Positions 61,039 through 64,000 of a stretch of 64,000 bases of DNA are shown here, piece by piece. Within the stretch, counting starts at the first letter, position 1; each line of letters begins with the position of its first letter. A program made the translations under genes and the position numbers. This stretch comes from an uncultured Candidatus Rokubacteria bacterium (GTDB taxonomy: Bacteria > Methylomirabilota > Methylomirabilia > Rokubacteriales > DASRDR01), in the NCBI GenBank assembly GCA_963708025.1, contig CAVPSB010000049.1, forward strand, positions 181,215-245,214. The letters run 5' to 3'. The notes beneath the pieces were generated by a model. It searched no databases. It saw only the letters and a list, made by a program, of their open reading frames with translations, and was not told the origin of the DNA.

Positions 61039-62135
61039 CTACCCGCGGGCGCGGGCCGCCTCGATGGCGCCCTCCTCCCAGATGCTGTGTTTCCGCGTCT
61101 CCGGCATCACGAAGATCGCGATCAGGAACATGACGGCCGGCACGATGATGGGGTAGAGCAACGCGTAGCCGACGCTCCCGGTCGAGAGGTACATCGAGGT
61201 CGTGACGATCGGGACCAGCCCGCCACCCCAGCCGTTGCCGATGTGGTAGGGCACCGACACCGACGTGTAGCGGATGCGGCTGGGGAAGAACTCGGCCAGG
61301 AACGCCCCGATCGGCCCGTAGGTCATGCCCACGTAGTTGACGAGGATCACGACGATGAGAATCGACATCGGGTAGTTGACGGCCTTCGGATCGGCGTAGA
61401 CGCCCAGGGCGGAGTAGAGCGGGTAGTACGTGAGTGAGGCCAGCGCCATGCCGCCCAGGATGATCGGCTTGCGGCCGACCTTGTCCGACAGCCAGCCCCA
61501 GAAGATCAGCGTCGGGGTGGCGATCAGCAGCGCGATGCCCACGATGTAGCTGGAGGTCAGCACGTCGAGCTTCTTCACCGTCTGGAGGAAGTAGAGCGCC
61601 CAGAACTGGCCGCTGTACCATACGCAGCCCTGTCCCAGCACGACCACGCTGGCGATCGCCACGTACTTGAAGTTGTTGCTCATGAAGGCTTCGTGCCACG
61701 GGTTGGTCGTGGTCCGGCCCCGGGCTTTCATGTCCTGGAAGATCGGCGTCTCGCCGAGCGAGAGCCGGATCCAGATGGCGATGGCGACCAGGAGGAGCGA
61801 GATGATGAACGGCAGCCGCCAGCCCCAGTCGTTGAAGGCCTCGACGCCCAGGTAGGTCCGGATCCCGATGATCGTCGCCAGCGACACGACGATGCCGAGG
61901 GTGGGCGACGTCTGCAGCCATCCGGTGTAGTACCCGCGATGCTCGTCCTCGATGTGCTCGGCGACGTACGTGATGGCGCCTCCGTACTCCCCGCCCAGGC
62001 AGAGCCCCTGGATCAGGCGCAGGCCGAAGAGAATGAAGGCCGCGGCGAGGCCGATCGACTGGTAGGATGGCACGAAGCCGATGCGGGCCGTCGCCAGGCC
62101 CATGCCGGTCAGCGTGACGATGAAGGTGTACTGCT
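61039..62135 (-). pseudogene. MFS metabolite:H+ symporter (MHS type), 5'-truncated
   Basis: Begins at YTFIVTL (start of TM3 region); LRLIQGLCLGGEYGGA, WGWRLPF, ETPIF, LSDKVGRK, AEFFPSRIRYTSVS. The first two TMs and motif A are missing. Confidence 0.75.
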
Positions 62136-62469
62136 GGTCTGCCGTCTTCCCTTTGTCCCTTCGAGGCCTCGCCCACACGGCAGCGGGCCGTGGCGACGCG
62201 CGTAGATCTCCGGATGCTGGAGCTCACGGCCGGGACCTCGAGCACCAACCTTGCCAAGCGGAGATTTCGGCAAGCTGGCGATTCATTGAGGGTCTCCTGC
62301 AAGACCCGCTGCGCGCACATGTGGTATCGGTACTGTATGCCGCGGTATTGTCACCATGGTTCTGCCCGCGCTGCCGGCCAGCACCGGACCGAGATCGGAC
62401 GGGTGAGACACCACAGCCTCCCGAGTGACCAGGAGGCCGTGTGCCTTCCGTTCGGCTGACCGCAGTCGG

Positions 62470-63096
62470 TCAGTGCGCCGTGTAGGGGTAGATCACCGCC
62501 TGGAGCGGCTTCAGCCGGAAGGCGTTGCAGGCGTTGTAGATCTGCGGGCAGTTCGAGAAGGCGACCAGGACGTCCATCTCCGCGCGGAAGTCGATGGAGT
62601 CGCCGGCCTTGCTCCGGGGGACCTGGATGGACCAGTTCCCGTCCGGCCCGATCGGGCAGTTCATGAACACGTTCATGTTGAACGGGACGTCCTTGGCGGC
62701 GATCCCCCAGGGCTTGATGGCCTCGGCCAGGTTGTCCCGGCAGTTCCGGGTGTCCTTCACGCCGTAGCGCCGCTCGTTGGTGAAGCGGCTGCACGCCCCG
62801 GCCAGGAAGTCGTGCACGCCGCACGTGTCGGCGATGATCGTCATCATCGCGCGCGCCCGGTCGGACCAGAGCACCGTCCCGACCCTCGGGTACACCCACC
62901 GGTTCAGGCTGATGGTGTTGACGATCGAGAGTCGCTCCTCGAGGTCGGCCAGCGGGAAGCAGATCAGGTCGGCCACCTGCTGACCTTCGAGGTCCACGAT
63001 GCGGAGCACCTCCCCCGCCCGCAGCTCGGCGGCGAAGTGCCCGGCGGGGGCGATCGTCTGCTCGCGCCGCGGGTTCTTCACGCCCGGATCACTCAT
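62470..63096 (-). CDS. Urea carboxylase-associated family protein (DUF1989)
   Basis: LRIVDLEGQQVADL, DTCGVHDFLAGACS, NCRDNL, NVFMN, FSNCPQIYNACN. Confidence 0.9.
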   Translation of the reverse strand: MSDPGVKNPRREQTIAPAGHFAAELRAGEVLRIVDLEGQQVADLICFPLADLEERLSIVNTISLNRWVYPRVGTVLWSDRARAMMTIIADTCGVHDFLAGACSRFTNERRYGVKDTRNCRDNLAEAIKPWGIAAKDVPFNMNVFMNCPIGPDGNWSIQVPRSKAGDSIDFRAEMDVLVAFSNCPQIYNACNAFRLKPLQAVIYPYTAH

Positions 63097-63121
63097 GTCG
63101 CGGCTTCCTTTCCCCGGGGCG

Positions 63122-63703
63122 TCACCTCGTGACACCCAGCAGTCCGCGCGTCACCATCGCGTCGAAGTAGTGCCCGTACGGGTGGAGCAAACCCACCTGC
63201 AGCACGTACCAGCCGCGGGTCCGCCCCTGAGCCCAGAACTCCTCGACCCATCGCCCGGCGTCGATCAGCAGGCCCTCCCCCGCGACCTCGCGCCGGACGC
63301 GCTCGGGCACGACCACCTCGTCCCAGGCCGCCGGCGGCAGCGCCGCCACGACGCTCTTCGTCCGCTCGGACACCGCGCGCCGGTAGCCGCGGAGCGCGGC
63401 CGCGTCGATGTCGGCGCTCAGGGCCTCGACATCATGCCCGGTCATGCCCGGGCCCACGTCGCGTCGCCGGAGGCCCAGGCGCCCGTTCCAGTCCCCCTCG
63501 TCGAGCACCTGCGGGCGATCGGCGACCAGCCGGCTCACCGCCGCGTCCTCGACGCGCGCGGCGTGCCACACCAGCCAGACGATCGAGTTGACGCCGTGCG
63601 GCCGCTGCCGGAGCTGGCCGTCGGTCACCCCCGAGAAGAGCTCCTCGACGAAGCCGTCGTGGACGGCGTCGTAGCGAAGCATGACCAGGTCGCGCGCATC
63701 CAT
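63122..63703 (-). CDS. DinB-family protein
   Basis: NSIVWLVWHAARVED, HPYGH metal-ligand pattern. Confidence 0.8.
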   Translation of the reverse strand: MDARDLVMLRYDAVHDGFVEELFSGVTDGQLRQRPHGVNSIVWLVWHAARVEDAAVSRLVADRPQVLDEGDWNGRLGLRRRDVGPGMTGHDVEALSADIDAAALRGYRRAVSERTKSVVAALPPAAWDEVVVPERVRREVAGEGLLIDAGRWVEEFWAQGRTRGWYVLQVGLLHPYGHYFDAMVTRGLLGVTR

Positions 63704-63880
63704 GTGCGGATCCCCCTTCTCGGCGGGCCGTCCGTCCCACCGCTCCCGGCGAGATCTTACCCCGTTCCTGGCGGTGACGGCGAGACGGTCCTGGGGCGTG
63801 AACGAACCCGGGGTCGAGGGAACACCACCGAGAGGAAGGAGGCCGGGGGGCCCCGGAGGAGGCGACGGCCCGACGCGCCG

Positions 63881-64000
63881 CTACCGGACCCGGCTCAGCT
63901 GGAGGCCCGCCGCGACCCGGCCGCCCTCGCCGCCGAGGCCGACCAGCGTCCGCGGCGCCGCCAGCGTCTGCGCCGCCGTGACCAGCCGCCCGGTCAGGGT
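63881..64000 (-). CDS. C-terminus of an unidentified gene entering from the window edge
   Basis: Open frame ...TLTGRLVTAAQTLAAPRTLVGLGGEGGRVAAGLQLSRVR* with high-GC codon usage. Confidence 0.4.
   Translation of the reverse strand, partial: TLTGRLVTAAQTLAAPRTLVGLGGEGGRVAAGLQLSRVR

Noticed and set aside
63704-63880. Guanidine riboswitch upstream of DinB/DUF1989
   Set aside because: I could not find ykkC-I, mini-ykkC (paired ACGR loops) or ykkC-III consensus features by eye; a cmsearch would settle it.

Overview
High-GC bacterial chromosome window. The gene content (many Tat-exported solute-binding proteins, a relic of the 'DKIL..P.DLP.E.P...INLKTAKALG' substrate-binding family, an ATPase-less HisKA sensor) is suggestive of Candidatus Rokubacteria/Methylomirabilota, but that is inference only. 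Core content is purine uptake and catabolism (CoxM/Xdh-type FAD subunit, BMP-family ABC operon, puuD, xdhAB, guaD), peptide and sugar ABC systems, lactonases and housekeeping singletons. Many genes carry isolated 1-bp indels, most likely uncorrected long-read errors. The main candidates for novelty are: (1) two paralogous gene clusters (20.1-26.7 kb and 40.2-45.4 kb), each built around a PqqD/RRE domain fused in cis to a lasso-leader-like 'PYxxPRLxxYRDMxDLLALDPP' tail, with GT2/GT4 glycosyltransferases, an HPr-kinase-like P-loop kinase, nucleotidyltransferases or a radical SAM enzyme, but no lasso cyclase or peptidase in the window; (2) a structured, covarying non-coding repeat family placed in sense orientation directly behind ABC permease stop codons, with a ~21-bp hairpin module that is present or absent at different sites and also occurs inside an unrelated repeat family; (3) an ExeA-like ATPase with a 150-bp coding tandem repeat, coupled to an orphan TAXI protein; (4) a candidate structured leader upstream of the purine transport operon; (5) an M48/HtpX homolog lacking its zinc ligands. 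No rRNA, tRNA, CRISPR array or intact transposase was recognised.
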